The position numbers and the translations under genes were made by a program. A DNA stretch of 59,774 nt, counting the filler, from Sphacelaria rigidula (taxonomy: Eukaryota), in the NCBI GenBank assembly GCA_964200075.2. It is 9 parts of 9 records of this genome, joined end to end, with 100 filler letters (N's around TTAATTAATTAA, not from the genome) between each part and the next. Parts side by side here need not be neighbours in the genome. Positions count along the whole stretch, not along the records: positions 33,266 to 39,818 come from CAXNAA020019385.1; positions 39,919 to 46,470 come from CAXNAA020019386.1; positions 46,571 to 53,122 come from CAXNAA020019387.1; 6 more parts are not named here. One strand, written 5' to 3'. Positions 38,191 to 50,700 of this stretch are shown here, piece by piece. The first letter of the stretch is position 1. The number at the start of each line of letters is the position of its first letter. Below the pieces are notes generated by a model. It ran no database searches. It saw only the letters and a list, made by a program, of their open reading frames with translations, and was not told the DNA's origin.

Positions 38191-39818
38191 ACATATTGTA
38201 TTGTCCCGGGTGTGCAAAACTGTAACAGAGGGAAAAACCCTACGCCCATACACAACGTGATCTTGATTCAGAACATATTTGTGGTACTGGCTGAATACTT
38301 ATTTCTCGGTTGTTGTCGTTCCCTTACTCTGCGCACTTCCCAACTATTCCTTCTTTGTATTTTCGTAGATACTCTAGTCGGATCGACCGTGGTATTTCGT
38401 GATTCGCATGGCAAGGAAAAATTTTGGAGTCTGGATTTTGCGAATGACCGAGAGTGCATTATGAGCGCCGGTCGTGAGTATGGATAATGACACATATCCT
38501 CAAAGTCAACCATGCGCTGCAGCAGTAGTACGCAGGCAGTGCGGCCCATTTCCCACATCGGTCACAGTACAGCAGTGCAGCACAGTACAGCGCAGTCCAA
38601 GTTAAAATATGCCAGTGTGTGTGTCGACATATCACACCGATTGATGGATTTCCCAGCATGAAGTCGGGGCAGCAGCGAACGTTGTTGGTGATGGCGAGTC
38701 GAAAATAAACACGGACGACAATAAGCGTGTCTCCGTCAGGGGTGAAACATGACCTAGTCTTGTATAGACGTGTATCCACATTTATAGGTAGACCACATTT
38801 CCGGGCCTGCCGTCTAACTGACTCATCATGTTGGGTTTTGCAACATACGCTCCAAACTTTCTGAGAAATCAATGGAATCACAACCCCTCAAAGTAGACGA
38901 CTTCCTGTGCATGTTGTTGCAGAGCGGGTTATGTTGCAGAACATGCAACATCATGAACGACAACACGTACACAAATTCGGAGGAATTCAAACCATGGTAG
39001 CTGCTGTGTCGACGGTATTTGGTAGCACGCTGCTAATCCTCCAAAGGTACGCGGCGTGATGTTTCGTCCGACATACGTGGTTTGCGCTGGCGTTCATCAG
39101 GCCACGATATCTATAATATTGGACCGGTACTGTTTGGATGATGAAGGGAAATCACGATACTTGTTTTGTCAAGTGGGTCATTTTCGTCATGACAGGTTTC
39201 ATAGAAAGACTTCGTCTAAGCCGCGGAGACGTCAAACCCTACGCAGATGGTGTGCCAGCGGTATTCATGTGTTCATCAGTGTGTGCACGGTACGTGGCGA
39301 CTTCTGTGCCATAGCTTGGGGTGGCACGTAGGTGTAGTACAGTGGCTGCCATTGCCTCAGCATTCAGTCGTCGCGCCGATGCCGTTCCTGATGTACTCCC
39401 CGCTTGTGGTGTGTGGCAGCAACAAGTCAGGAGAGGTCGGAGACTAGGCGATGCACTTCAAGACTTGGGTCGGGCAGCCAACATTGTGCGTTTGTTTGTC
39501 TCACCGTCTAAACCTTCACTTTCCTCGGAACGAGTCCGTGGTATCAAGGGAACGACGCGTCTCCCTCTGAGTATGTAGATTAGTGGGCGATCTAACTACT
39601 CATTTTGAGGCATTTTAATATTATATTCGTGAGTTTCAGAACGTAGTTTCAGATTCAGAGTGGATGCTCTCTAGCGTTCCTAACCGGCGACTTTTTTCTT
39701 TCTTTTTCTTGAGCACACGTGCTGTGCATGCAGCTGCCGTACAGTACCGCATTCGAGGAATTCGGCGGTCTGGTTGGTGAGATACCGCACAAAGCATTTT
39801 TACGCCTGGGGGGCATTT

Positions 39819-39918
39819 NNNNNNNNNNNNNNNNNNNNNNNNNNNNNNNNNNNNNNNNNNNNTTAATTAATTAANNNNNNNNNNNNNNNNNNNNNNNNNN
39901 NNNNNNNNNNNNNNNNNN
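39819..39918. other. Artificial contig spacer
   Basis: N-TTAATTAATTAA-N. Confidence 0.98.
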
Positions 39919-40727
39919 ATCAAGGGCCGACAGCGTGCTCGGGAAGGGGTGGGGAGGGGAGCGGGGGGGCGGGGGGGGGGGGGAGATCACTCTGGGAAAC
40001 TCGCACTTTGCCTCTTCGTACGTTATCGTTTGTTCAGTTTGTCCTGTTTGATTTCCCCTTATTTTCCACCTTTCACGGGTTTCCTTTACTTACTGGGTGT
40101 TTCCGTTTATGTAGCGACAGGGCAGTGATGTCTCAAGTCTCCGCCTGCAGTTGATGGCTGGCCACGTTTACTGGTCAATCTGTCATCGTCAATCAGCCAC
40201 AATCTAAACCCTCGACCACGCGAACAGAAGGCTGACTGAAGCTTTCGTCAATCTGTCCGATCGCTTCCTCTAGTTCAGAGAGGACATGCTCTTGGCCCCG
40301 TAGCGATGTTTCGGCAGTACTCAGCCAAAGCAATAGTTGTGTGGTACCGCTCGTCTGAAGCACTTGGTGACTCCCACCACTCACACGGGAGCGACAATCG
40401 GCAGTTGCAGACTTATTTTTCGGGGTACCCATTCATGAATTCTCCCGACAACCGCTGAAAAAAAACGTACTCTGCCATGACTTGGGTAAAATGACATGGG
40501 TCCTCTTGTCTCTGTCTTCGAACCAGCAAAACCCACCACATGTTGCACACCCCCCCACGCCCTCGTTTATGCGGTTTGCACACTATTAAAAACACGATCC
40601 CATCAATGTGATTGCGTGCTCTCGAAATACGTGGTTTCTGATGTCTAACGCCATGCAGGAGCCGCGCTTGTATCGTGCGTGAAAATATTTGGACGTGTAT
40701 GACGTATGGTGTAAATGTATGCTGCAG

Positions 40728-40867
40728 GGGTGGTGGCGGTAGCGGCGCTGAGGATGTCGTGCGGGGTTGACTTTGGTTTGGCCGACGCGTTGGCGATCCC
40801 CACGGTAGCGGTAGGCTGGAGTTTTCAGGAATGGGCGATCCACAAATACCTCCTGCACGACTTTCAG
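40728..40867 (+). CDS. Fatty acid hydroxylase/sterol desaturase superfamily protein, first visible exon (5' exons not identified)
   Basis: CAG|..|GTGAG borders; EWAIHKYLLH is the first His box. Confidence 0.85.
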
Positions 40868-41145
40868 GTGAGGTGTGAAAGACGTTGCCGCGTTTCGTTT
40901 CCGCCACTACCGCCAGTTGCGAAGTTCGTAGCCTGAGGCGATGAAAAATCTCACGTCGATTTCATGTATGTAATCACACAGATAGGCCCGGTACTTCCGT
41001 CAGATCGATGCCCTTATTATCGAAGGATCTCAGCGTGACACAATCGAGGATCCCAACATTTTGGTGACCTGTGGAAATGTAATAACGTTGTATTCGTTGC
41101 TCTGTCTCCTGTTTCTGCCTCTATTGTCGTTTGTTGTCACCCCAG

Positions 41146-41357
41146 AATTGGCTGGGGTACGACGTACACAACAGCCACCACGACAAACCTTTTTACCACG
41201 TGTGCGTCGACCCGCCCGACCTGGTTGTGGGCTGGACGGTTGCGGCCGCGTGCATATTCGGGCTGCTTCTGCCCCTCCCTCTAGCCCTCACCGTTCTCGG
41301 CGCCTACATGACCATGGGAGGGGTGTACGAGTGGACGCATTACATCGTGCACACGCG
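41146..41357 (+). CDS. Fatty acid hydroxylase family protein, middle exon
   Basis: Phase-consistent AG/GT borders; HNSHH and YEWTHYIVH boxes with a hydrophobic TM hairpin. Confidence 0.9.
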
Positions 41358-42169
41358 GTGAGATCGACGTCGTTGATGCACGGACACGAGTCACCCAGGG
41401 GGTGGGGGTGGCGGGTTGCCTTCAAATATGGTTGGGTTAGAGCGGTTGAGTTCTCTCCAGACCGGCTTCCCGACTACATGGTTGAATATATTGATGTATC
41501 GATACTCTCAGGTAAAATGTAGGAATGTGAAAATGATGCAGAATTTCAATTAACATGTCTTGTTGTATTGTTTGGCAATCGGCCGTTTGCGATTTGCGAG
41601 ATCTCAAGGCCTATCCGCGCGAGCCTGGGAAAGTGGGCTGGGGTGCGTCCCCGTGATATGCATACGTAGTGTCCGAGACGTTTTGGCGGCGGAGAAACAA
41701 AGCCAAGAATATTCCACTAGAGCTCAAACTTCCGTTCCAAATGTTCACGTTCCTATGAAAGCTGGCCTGGGCGCAGTCCAGTCATGTGACATAGCAGACG
41801 CTGTGTAATGTTAGTGCAGGGCCATGATATGAAAGTGCGGGAAACATGAGATGCAAGGGAAAATGCAAAAACATCTTTCTGAGAATGGTGCCGCGGTCTC
41901 GGAAGAAATCAACAACCCATTTCTGCCCCGTTTCTTACTTGCCGCGTTACGATCGAGCATCGACTCGGCTCTCCCATCTAATTCCGTGTTTTTTATTGTT
42001 CCAACTCAACTTCCTTTGTTCCTCGCGTTTCCGAACGTGATGGAAACCAGAAAGAAAAAAGACATGGACCATTCGGACTCGAATCTCAACCCTACGGAGC
42101 CTCCCCATTCTACTGTAGCGTGTTGGTGTACCAGTTTGTCCCCAGAGCGCCGCGTATATTCACGTCCAC

Positions 42170-42760
42170 CACTCTGTTCCGGAATATGAGGGAGATTTGG
42201 AAATGCGGCTCAATATTTCCCGTATTGTTTTTTTCGTTCAAATATTTTTTTGCATCGTGTCCGGGGTCCTCTAGCGGGACTGTCAAAACCGTTTTTTCTC
42301 GGCATGACACCCAACATGCGTCCACAACAGCATCCAAGGCAGAGGCACTCAGAGCTCGAAAAGTAGAATCTCCGGTAAACTGTCTTCCTATAGTCTGTTC
42401 ACGATGTCCGTTGCTTGAGGCGCTGGTGGGAGGGTAAGCAGAAATAAGCTGAACGAAAGCGAGAGACGCGCTTTGATGGAGGAGCTCCTCGAGGGCAGCA
42501 ACAGCGGCAAGTTGGCTCATGGCGAGGGTTTGATCACAATTTTCACAAAAATGATGGCATCTTCCGCAATAATTGAAAAACCCCGGGGATGCAATTTAAT
42601 CATCCCCTACCCTTAGGGGACGTACATGTACCGTCCCCTTATCACTTTTGCTTCGTTTTGAGGGTGTTTTGACGTCGCACACCCGATCTGTGGGCAGAAT
42701 CGCGAAACATCCCTTATGTTTCGGCGTTTCCAAATCTCCATTATATTTCGGAACGGACTG
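42170..42760. mobile_element. Intronic TIR element (degenerate ~40-bp TIRs)
   Basis: GTTCCGGAATATGAGGGAGATTTGGAAA is inverted with TTTCCAAATCTCCATTATATTTCGGAAC. Confidence 0.55.
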
Positions 42761-43069
42761 GTAAAGTAGATGGATTCAGTTACGGCACGGTAGGATACCG
42801 TCCCCCAGAGTACCCTGCGTTTACAGTGCATTTGCAGTACCGGGTATAGTACCCCAGGTACCCGCGGTATAAACTGCCGCAACTAAGGGGTATTCCATGG
42901 TACTTGGGGATGTGCGCCGAAAAATAATGCTGGAAAAACTGAGCTGTACATGTATCCTACCCAACCTTGCGCCACGTTGAGCACCCTTGATTAATGCTCG
43001 TTCACATTATTTGATGCGGGCATATTTTATACAGGCCCACCTACTATGTCTATCCCTATGCCTTACATG

Positions 43070-43602
43070 GTGTTCTGTAGGGATTCCTTCAGAACTTGAA
43101 AAAATATCAGGTACTGACATGAAAGTGTTACAGAAATCACAAAATCGTCGAGTACCGGTATGAAAGTCTTACAGAAATTACAGAAATTGTCGGCGAGAGT
43201 ATGGGAGGCTTACAGAAAACCGTACCGGCAATCGGGTATTTCTTCAAGGGCATCCCCGTGCTCCGGGTACGGGTGTACATTCTGTACACAACTCAAAACT
43301 GTCGGGTAAGGGCATGGGAGGCTTGGAGAACTCACAGAAACTGTCGGATAGGGTACGGAGGTTGCACAGAAAACCGTACCCGCAACCGGGTATTTTATCA
43401 AGGGCAAACCCGTGCCCCCGGTAACGGCATGGCAGGCTTACGGGACTCGCAGAACGTTTGGGTCTGGGTATGAAAGGTTTTCAGAGTTTACAGAACTGTC
43501 GGGTACTGCTATGAAAGTCTTACAGAAGTCACAGAACTGTCGTGTACGGTAAATACACGGGAAAATACCCCGGGTATACAGAAAGCGTACCCTCAAGAAC
43601 AC
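43070..43602. mobile_element. Intronic MITE of the 7646-8065 family
   Basis: TIRs GTGTTCTGTAGGG and CCCTCAAGAACAC; internal GGTATGAAAGTCTTACAGAAGTCACAGAA repeats. Confidence 0.8.
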
Positions 43603-43853
43603 AATCTTTCATATATATATATATTTATTGATATATTGATTTTCTGCTGTGCTGCCGCTGTTACCTCCCGTTTCAGATGCGCATTGATTCCATGTATCAA
43701 CCACGACCGCCATAACGCAGCCGACACTCATTTGTTCATTCATGTCCAACTTCCCGCCCCGTCCTCGTCTCCCCTGTTTTGCCGAATAACGATTCGCACG
43801 GCATGGTATGCTCCGATATAACCGCCGAAAATAACCTGACATTCATCATCCAG

Positions 43854-44082
43854 AGTGATTCCTCGCTCGTGGTTGGGGAAGGAGGTGAAACGGCATCACA
43901 CCCTCCACCACCTGCGGGACGACAGCTGCTGGTTAGCCTTCACTGTGCCGCCGATAGACCACTTTCTCGGTACAGTGCCGCCGGCGCGCTGCGACATGAA
44001 GAAGAGTAAGACAGCCACAGCTGGTCCGTCCGGTGCTGGTGATGCTGCTACTGCTGTTTTTGTGGAGGGCGAGAAGTCGTAA
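43854..44082 (+). CDS. Fatty acid hydroxylase family protein, last exon
   Basis: The phase-2 join gives HTR-VIPRS; RHHTLHH box and D..LGT motif; TAA stop at 44080-44082. Confidence 0.9.
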
Positions 44083-46470
44083 TTTGGTGAAAACTCCTGG
44101 TTTTACCATGAAAAGGGTTCTCGTTCCTCGATGATTGACGAGCAATAGCCCTGATATATTTATTTAATACATATGTATACAAGGGTAGCTGCCCCGGGGA
44201 GTGCCATCGCGCCCCCTTCTTTTGAGTTGCAGGGAGGTGGTAGACGAGGAGGAGATTCAGGAGGCGGAGGTCGAGGAGGCGGTCGTCGTTCATGGCTTCG
44301 AAGTAAAGGTGACGAAGGGTGGATCGACACAGGGTGAAAGACGAGGAACTTTTACACGCACTTGAATCACTTTGACGCGAGATCGGAGCAACATTGGTTG
44401 TGCCGATTTCCTTGCAAGGTCCCTCTACCTTACAAAGTGGAAGTCAAGCACACTCGAGGCTAGAGGAGAAAGTGGAAGGCTTTCCGAAGTCCACTACAAT
44501 AGGAGGTTTATCGATCGATTGAATGATTGATCGTCGCACTTTTACTGACCCGCCAGGGATCTAACCGTGGTCGCGTGATTGACGTGCCCGAGACGAAACA
44601 AGACTGAAACACTCGCTGAATGAAAAAGAAGTTGATTTTGTGTGTTTGTGTTTGATAACGAGATAGTTTCGAAGTGGATACAGGGTGCGTTGCAGGTAGT
44701 CGCTGAGTTCACGAGATGGGTTTTACATGTTGATGGTTGTGATCATCTCACGATTCTTACGTGAAGACCGTATGTTTAATCGTTTTTTACACGCGGATTG
44801 CTTGTTGATGGAAGCAGTCATGACGACTTGCGTCGTCCATCATTGGTTTTTGTACTGTGTAGGATTGACTTATTATGTGCTACCAGTAGTTGAAACGGGC
44901 TTTCGGTAGACCTCCACCATGGTCACGATTCATAGTTACGGATTTTGTGCAACTTTTTGTGGTTTATAAAGGTTTTGATTGGTCTGACGAATCATCAGCT
45001 ACTGTGATTTCTTATTTTTTTGTCAACTTGCGTCACTAGCAGACTTCGCAGCCATGCACAAATAGTTGTGGTATTTGTAATGTATTTGGCGTTTCAACCA
45101 AGAAAGTAGTTCGCCGTCCTGGTGGCCGTCGTGGCATATTTACACCATCGACTGTACTTACAATGTTGCGTTTTTGTGTTCTTGTACGATTCTTGTACAT
45201 ACCTATGAGCATTCAAATGATCGTATAGCCTGATGATCGTAGTTGATCCACTTCAGTTTGACGCCAATAGGCTGACTTTTTGACTGACTGATGACGGATT
45301 GGGCAGTTTGTATACACCCCTTTTTTTTTTTCTCATTTTCTCTTCTTGGGAGGTGTATTTACTGTATAAAGACGTATGTATACACGGAAGGCTCACTCCT
45401 TTAACTCCCTCGAGAGAGGGGGACACGATGAGCGAGGGACAGATGCGGTGGCGGGTGTCGTTGGGGTAGCGGGGCGGGAGCGGGGGGGGCGGGGACGAGA
45501 GGTCATGAATATTCATCATGTATCATTCCGAGGTCTTTCTTTCATTTTACGCCGTCTTGGTTGGTTGGCGCAGGTCGCACCGGATGCAGAATAGCCCAGC
45601 AAATATTTGACATATATGGCAGTTTGACCGGCATTTTGCTAGTGGCTTCTGCTGCCAATCTACACCCAATACGTTCTATTGAAGCGCCGTTATCCATCAC
45701 CTCTCCTGCTTATGACTTCCTTCCGTCTGTTCGTGGAGTTTTTTGCCGAAAGTTGTACGGGAAGCCACTAGCTAAACGAGCGCGCTGCTAGATTCTAATC
45801 GCCCGAGGTTCGCACGTAGGCTGTATTGTAATCTCGACTTTCCATTGGGGATTGTTTCTTCTGTTTCCTGATTCCACTCGAGTAGTCTATCTTGTGATGG
45901 CCATTGGATTCGTGGCCAAGCAGGGAGTGTTGGGTGTGATCCATCACTAACAATGTCTCGTGAGATTGAGAGTAGCAGATTGGGTTTATAGTCAACAATT
46001 TATTCGAAAGACGGTCACATGCACCTTTTCAATTGTTGCACGACACCTTGAAGTGTAGCATAATAAGAGGCTAGTTAACCGCCCTTAGGCTACGTTTTAG
46101 GATGGTTGCCACAACTTTACAAGTATCGCTACCCCTAACCCTAACCCCAACACATGCGGCCATTCGGCTGCACTGAAGTGGATTTTGAAAACGTCACCCA
46201 AGCTGACGTCGGTTTTGAAAGTTCCCTCTGGAGGATCATGGGTATTCGCAATCCTCTAGAGGATTTTCAAGGTTGGGGTCTCCCTCGAAGGTCTGTCAAT
46301 ATCAAAATCTTCTGGATTGTTTTCGAAGGCACGCGTGCTATGGAAACCGGAATTTGAACAGCCTCTGCTGTTCGAAATGTAGTAGTCAGCGTCATGAGTT
46401 TTCAAAATTTGTAGTCGTCCTTTTTTCTGAGTTTTTCTGGAGTACAGTTCTTCACTACTACTTGAAAATG

Positions 46471-46570
46471 NNNNNNNNNNNNNNNNNNNNNNNNNNNNNN
46501 NNNNNNNNNNNNNNTTAATTAATTAANNNNNNNNNNNNNNNNNNNNNNNNNNNNNNNNNNNNNNNNNNNN
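46471..46570. other. Artificial contig spacer
   Basis: N-TTAATTAATTAA-N. Confidence 0.98.
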
Positions 46571-46944
46571 ACTACACAGTCAACGGTCATCATCCTGCTG
46601 ATCACTACATGGCACATCATGTAGGCGATATTTCGTCACAACTTCTTGATTTTTTTCACCGTTTTTCGGGGGTTTGACGCGATCGAAGTTGTTTTTCGAA
46701 GTAGTCTCCATTCTGGGACCCCAGAAAAACGGCACCACGATCTTGTTTCTTCATTTTATCGCAAAGTATCTGCCTCGGCATCTCCCAAGGATGGGCTCCA
46801 CAAATTTTCGTCGCAAAACTCGATCAAGTGATGCTTGAATTTCCATGCTCACATGAAAGAAGGCCCAAAAACGGCGTTTTTGTACTAAAATCAAGTAGTT
46901 TGCGGTTTCACCGCGGTACCGCAAACTTCATCGCACAAAGTCCA

Positions 46945-47220
46945 AAAACCTCACGCCGTTTTAAGAAGTTAGACCCTGAAATTTTGCACAACTGTGCTTT
47001 GGGACATTACGCAACTTTGGATGGACGAGGGTTTTTTTTTTGCCGTTTTACGGGGATCGGATTGGGTCGAGGTTTCCCCCAAAAATTTGGGACCCCCGAA
47101 AAACGATGAAAAAAGTCAAGAAGTAAAAAAAAACTCGACCTCCGAAAGTTGCGTAATTACCAATAGAACATTCGTGCAAAATTTCAGGGTCTAACTCCTT
47201 AAAACGGCGTGAGGATTTGC
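46945..47220. repeat. Inverted repeat with ~100-bp arms (foldback element)
   Basis: CCTCACGCCGTTTTAAGAAGTTAGACCCTGAAATTTTGCAC is inverted with GTGCAAAATTTCAGGGTCTAACTCCTTAAAACGGCGTGAGG. Confidence 0.8.
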
Positions 47221-47797
47221 CGATGAGTGTTTTTTGGGTAATAAACGTGAACCACCTTGTGTACAAAATGGTGGTCGAGGTACTAGGGTTTGCGAATGCT
47301 GTACAGGAGTTCTCACGAAGACGTTGAAGAACCCTGTGCAGCACGTCCTACAGGGTGCTATCTGTCCACGTGTGTATATACCGTCAGCTGCGGTACGCGT
47401 GTTTTTGTTAACAACTACCTGTACAAGCCAGTGTGCGCGTCTGTGAGGGTTTCGTACAGTAGGATGTAAAATAGAAGCAGGCGACGTGCAGTGCAGATAG
47501 CGCAGGATTATCTGTACTCTCTGCTCACGATGCGACGTGGAACGAACTTTTAAAGAGTGAGTCTTTATACTACCTGCACTCTCCATGATTATGTACGCAG
47601 GTCGGTCGTCCGCCGCGGCGCACACGCAGCTCCGTCGCCGATCCCCACTATAGAAGATGCTTGACCCATCACCCCCCAAAAACGCAGCATACCCAACTGC
47701 TGGAGTGTGTTTTATCCACGTGTCCAACTCGTGCTCTTTGTTGCAGAGTTGCGGTGGTAGCCGGGAATAGTTTGTGTGGGGTTTGCATGGATCGATC

Positions 47798-50700
47798 TGT
47801 GAACGGGGGGTCATATATAGCGTAGTGGTCTACTGTAAGATTGCTGAGGTCGCAAAAGTGCCCTGGAGGCAGTGACGACACAACTGTCGTCCAGAGGCTT
47901 GATTTCGTGCGAACTCCAGAGATAAATGTACGCACTGGAGTGGATTATTTTCCCAAGTTTCCCCAGATGCACCTTTAGTGGAATCACGTGCTCAAGCGAA
48001 TCATGTGCCCGCTAGCGGCTTCGCGTACTGTCGGTTCCAGAGGCATTATGACGAACCAGAGGGCATTCCATCCTCCAGAGGGGCATTCTGCTCCCTGGAG
48101 AAAAACAACGCGATAATGGGATTCCAAGGAGGAGTCGATTTGCTGCGTGTGTGTGCAAGATGTGGACTTCATTATTAACGATTCCGCTACCCCGTGCAAG
48201 GGCCCTTTAGCCAAATGATACACCAAGCCGTAAGGTTTCAGTATAATCGCATGCATGATTGGAGCAGTGGCAGGGAACAGGGGATCCTGGATTGATGGCC
48301 TGTTTCTGTGACCTCTTGCTGTCTGGTTTGTGATCCGTTGAGGACTACTACGTGACAATACAAGTTAGAAGAAAGGACTTGTCGAGTACGAGGCCAGTGA
48401 TACTGGAGGATTCCCTCGTTGAAAGTCCTCTTGTCCAGATCGTCTTGCAGAGGCTACAATATCTATGTATGTTCCTCGACACTCTGTGGAGGTGTTTGGC
48501 TGAGGAGAAGGGGCCGCAGCTGGAAGCAGTTTGGCACGCAGGCGGATCGAGACTAACTTGAAGCGCACAGCGGTGGAGAGTACTCAGTGGGCTGGAGGAC
48601 GCACAGATCAGGCAAGAGTATCTCGGTCAAGTGCTTGAATCCTAGATGACGTGGCTCAAGCGGCGGCAGCACCGCTGGTGTTAGGTGAGCCGCTAGACCC
48701 GCCAAAGTATGACGAGGGGGGGACCGAGGAAGCATCACGCGTTTTTTTCGCGGCTTATTTCGGATACGAAGAGCGTTAGACACCTCATCCCTACATACAT
48801 TCATCGGTGATTTGAAGCAGCATGCCGGGTACACCACAACCGGTGGCAAACATGATACTGCGCGGGCTGCAGCAGACCTGCGTATAGTGCCTTCAACGCA
48901 GCAAAGCGGTAGAATATCCGTCAAGGATAGAGCGATGATGGTTAAGTCATCGATGGAAAGTTTTTCGCTGAAAAACTGTCGGTGTAAGCCATGTACCGTG
49001 TAGAGGACAGGAGCTGGTTGCCAGGCCCGACCGAGTCGGTTTCCACAGCTTTGGTGGGCGGGATTTCGCCTCCAGAATTCAAGGCGTATGTCAGAAGCGT
49101 ACTCACTTATGTACACGGCTGTAAAAAGAAACCGGCCGTAGTGTTTAACAAGATATTTGATGCCGCCGACCACTGGAAGGTCATTGAGGCGCATAGCCGG
49201 CGCGAATATGCGACAAGTGGGGCGCGCCGCAAACAAGAACAGCAACAGAAACAGCAGCCGCCTTCGCGAGCGTCGTCCACTCGCGCATGTTACAACTGCG
49301 GCGACAACGGACACCTGATGAAGGATTGCCCCAAGCCTCGCCCTCATAGCGCTGCTCAAGGAAATGCGTGGAATTCATCAGGATCTCACGGCGGTCGCCA
49401 CAGTGGACGAGGACGTGCCAACCATGAACGCGGGCGCGGCGGCCGCGGTAGCAAGCAATCGGCAGCGGATGGTGGTTCCTCCGCTGCTGTTTCTTCCACT
49501 ACTTCATCAGGTGGTGACTCTAGATCTTATGGTCCGTCCGTGTCGGGGCCGGCAGTGTACGCGGGAGGTGCAAATACTTCGTGGGGAGTGCCGGAGCGAA
49601 GAGTTCGCAACCCCTCAGCCAGGCAGGATCCGTGCCTGGTGCATCTCCTGCTGCTGCGACAGCTGTAACAGCGCCGTCTGCATAGTCGGCGACGTAGTCT
49701 GGGTGGACCGCCTATTCTTAATCATCGATGCCAAGTATTGGAGCGCAGCCCTGGCGTCAGGTGACTCTTGGTATCGACCAGGGTTCTCCGGTAGGTGTAG
49801 TGCCTGTCGATCGCAACGCAGACTGTTTAAGCTCAGATCTTTTCTTGCCTGGTTCCGTAGCTTCGTTCATGGCCCGCACTATTCTGGTTCAGGGTCCGCG
49901 CTCACGTCGATCGATGTGGGGTTGCTGGAACAAATGTCTTCGCAGTTTGAGGGCGCTCAGCTGCAGATTCCGTTCAAAAATGGACCGCAAACGGCGTAGA
50001 CCGCCACGGGTGCTCCCGTGACGGTTACACGTTAAATGGTGCCGATTACAGTCAGCGTGCGTACGCCGTGGGGGGCTGTGGAGTTGCAGCCCATCACTTT
50101 CGCTGTCATGCCCGGCAGGGACAACGTATTTTTGTTTGGGATGGCGACGATGAAGGAGCTCGAGATCGATTTGTATCCGCTGGCGTTGAATAAGTTACGC
50201 CCGCGTGCTGTGCTGGTGCAAACCGGCGTGGAAAACCCCATCTATCTTGCTGCGAGGCGTGTGGCCGTATCTATACGGTCATTCCGGAGAGCTAATGAGG
50301 ACGAGGCTCCTGCGGATGAAGCGGTGGAGCGCTTGGTCGATCGGGGGCCCGACATGTTTATGGACCCTGCGGAGGAGAGGGGTGCCCGGGAAGGTACCCT
50401 AGAGGATAGCGTGCAGCAGGCCGAGTAAAAGGGCCTGAGCGCCAATGGCGCATATCGTCTGCGTGATATTTCGGCTCGTCGCGTAGATACATTTTGTCGT
50501 GCGCTGCGTGGTGACCCACCAGCGCCATGGAGCCAAATGAGGGTGCAGCTCAAGCCATAGGCGAAGGCTGTGAAGGCCAAGCCTCGCCGTTACGATCCAG
50601 TAAAGACCGGGTGGCCTGCTTCATGCATCGCAGCTTTGGTGGCGTTTGGTGTGTTGGTTAGGAACATTCAGGCTGTGTGGGCGAGTGCGGCGATGGCGGT

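Larger units (their letters stand above)
36238..38214. mobile_element. Non-autonomous hAT-type element with phased CAATATATATTG arrays
   Basis: TIRs CGCACCCTGGACAATAC and GTATTGTCCCGGGTGTG; perfect 8-bp TSD CAAAACTG (36230-36237 and 38215-38222). Confidence 0.88.

Noticed and set aside
44160..45510. Pro-rich minus-strand exon candidates (~44160-44296 and ~45395-45505)
   Set aside because: Low complexity and no homology evidence, so they cannot be supported.
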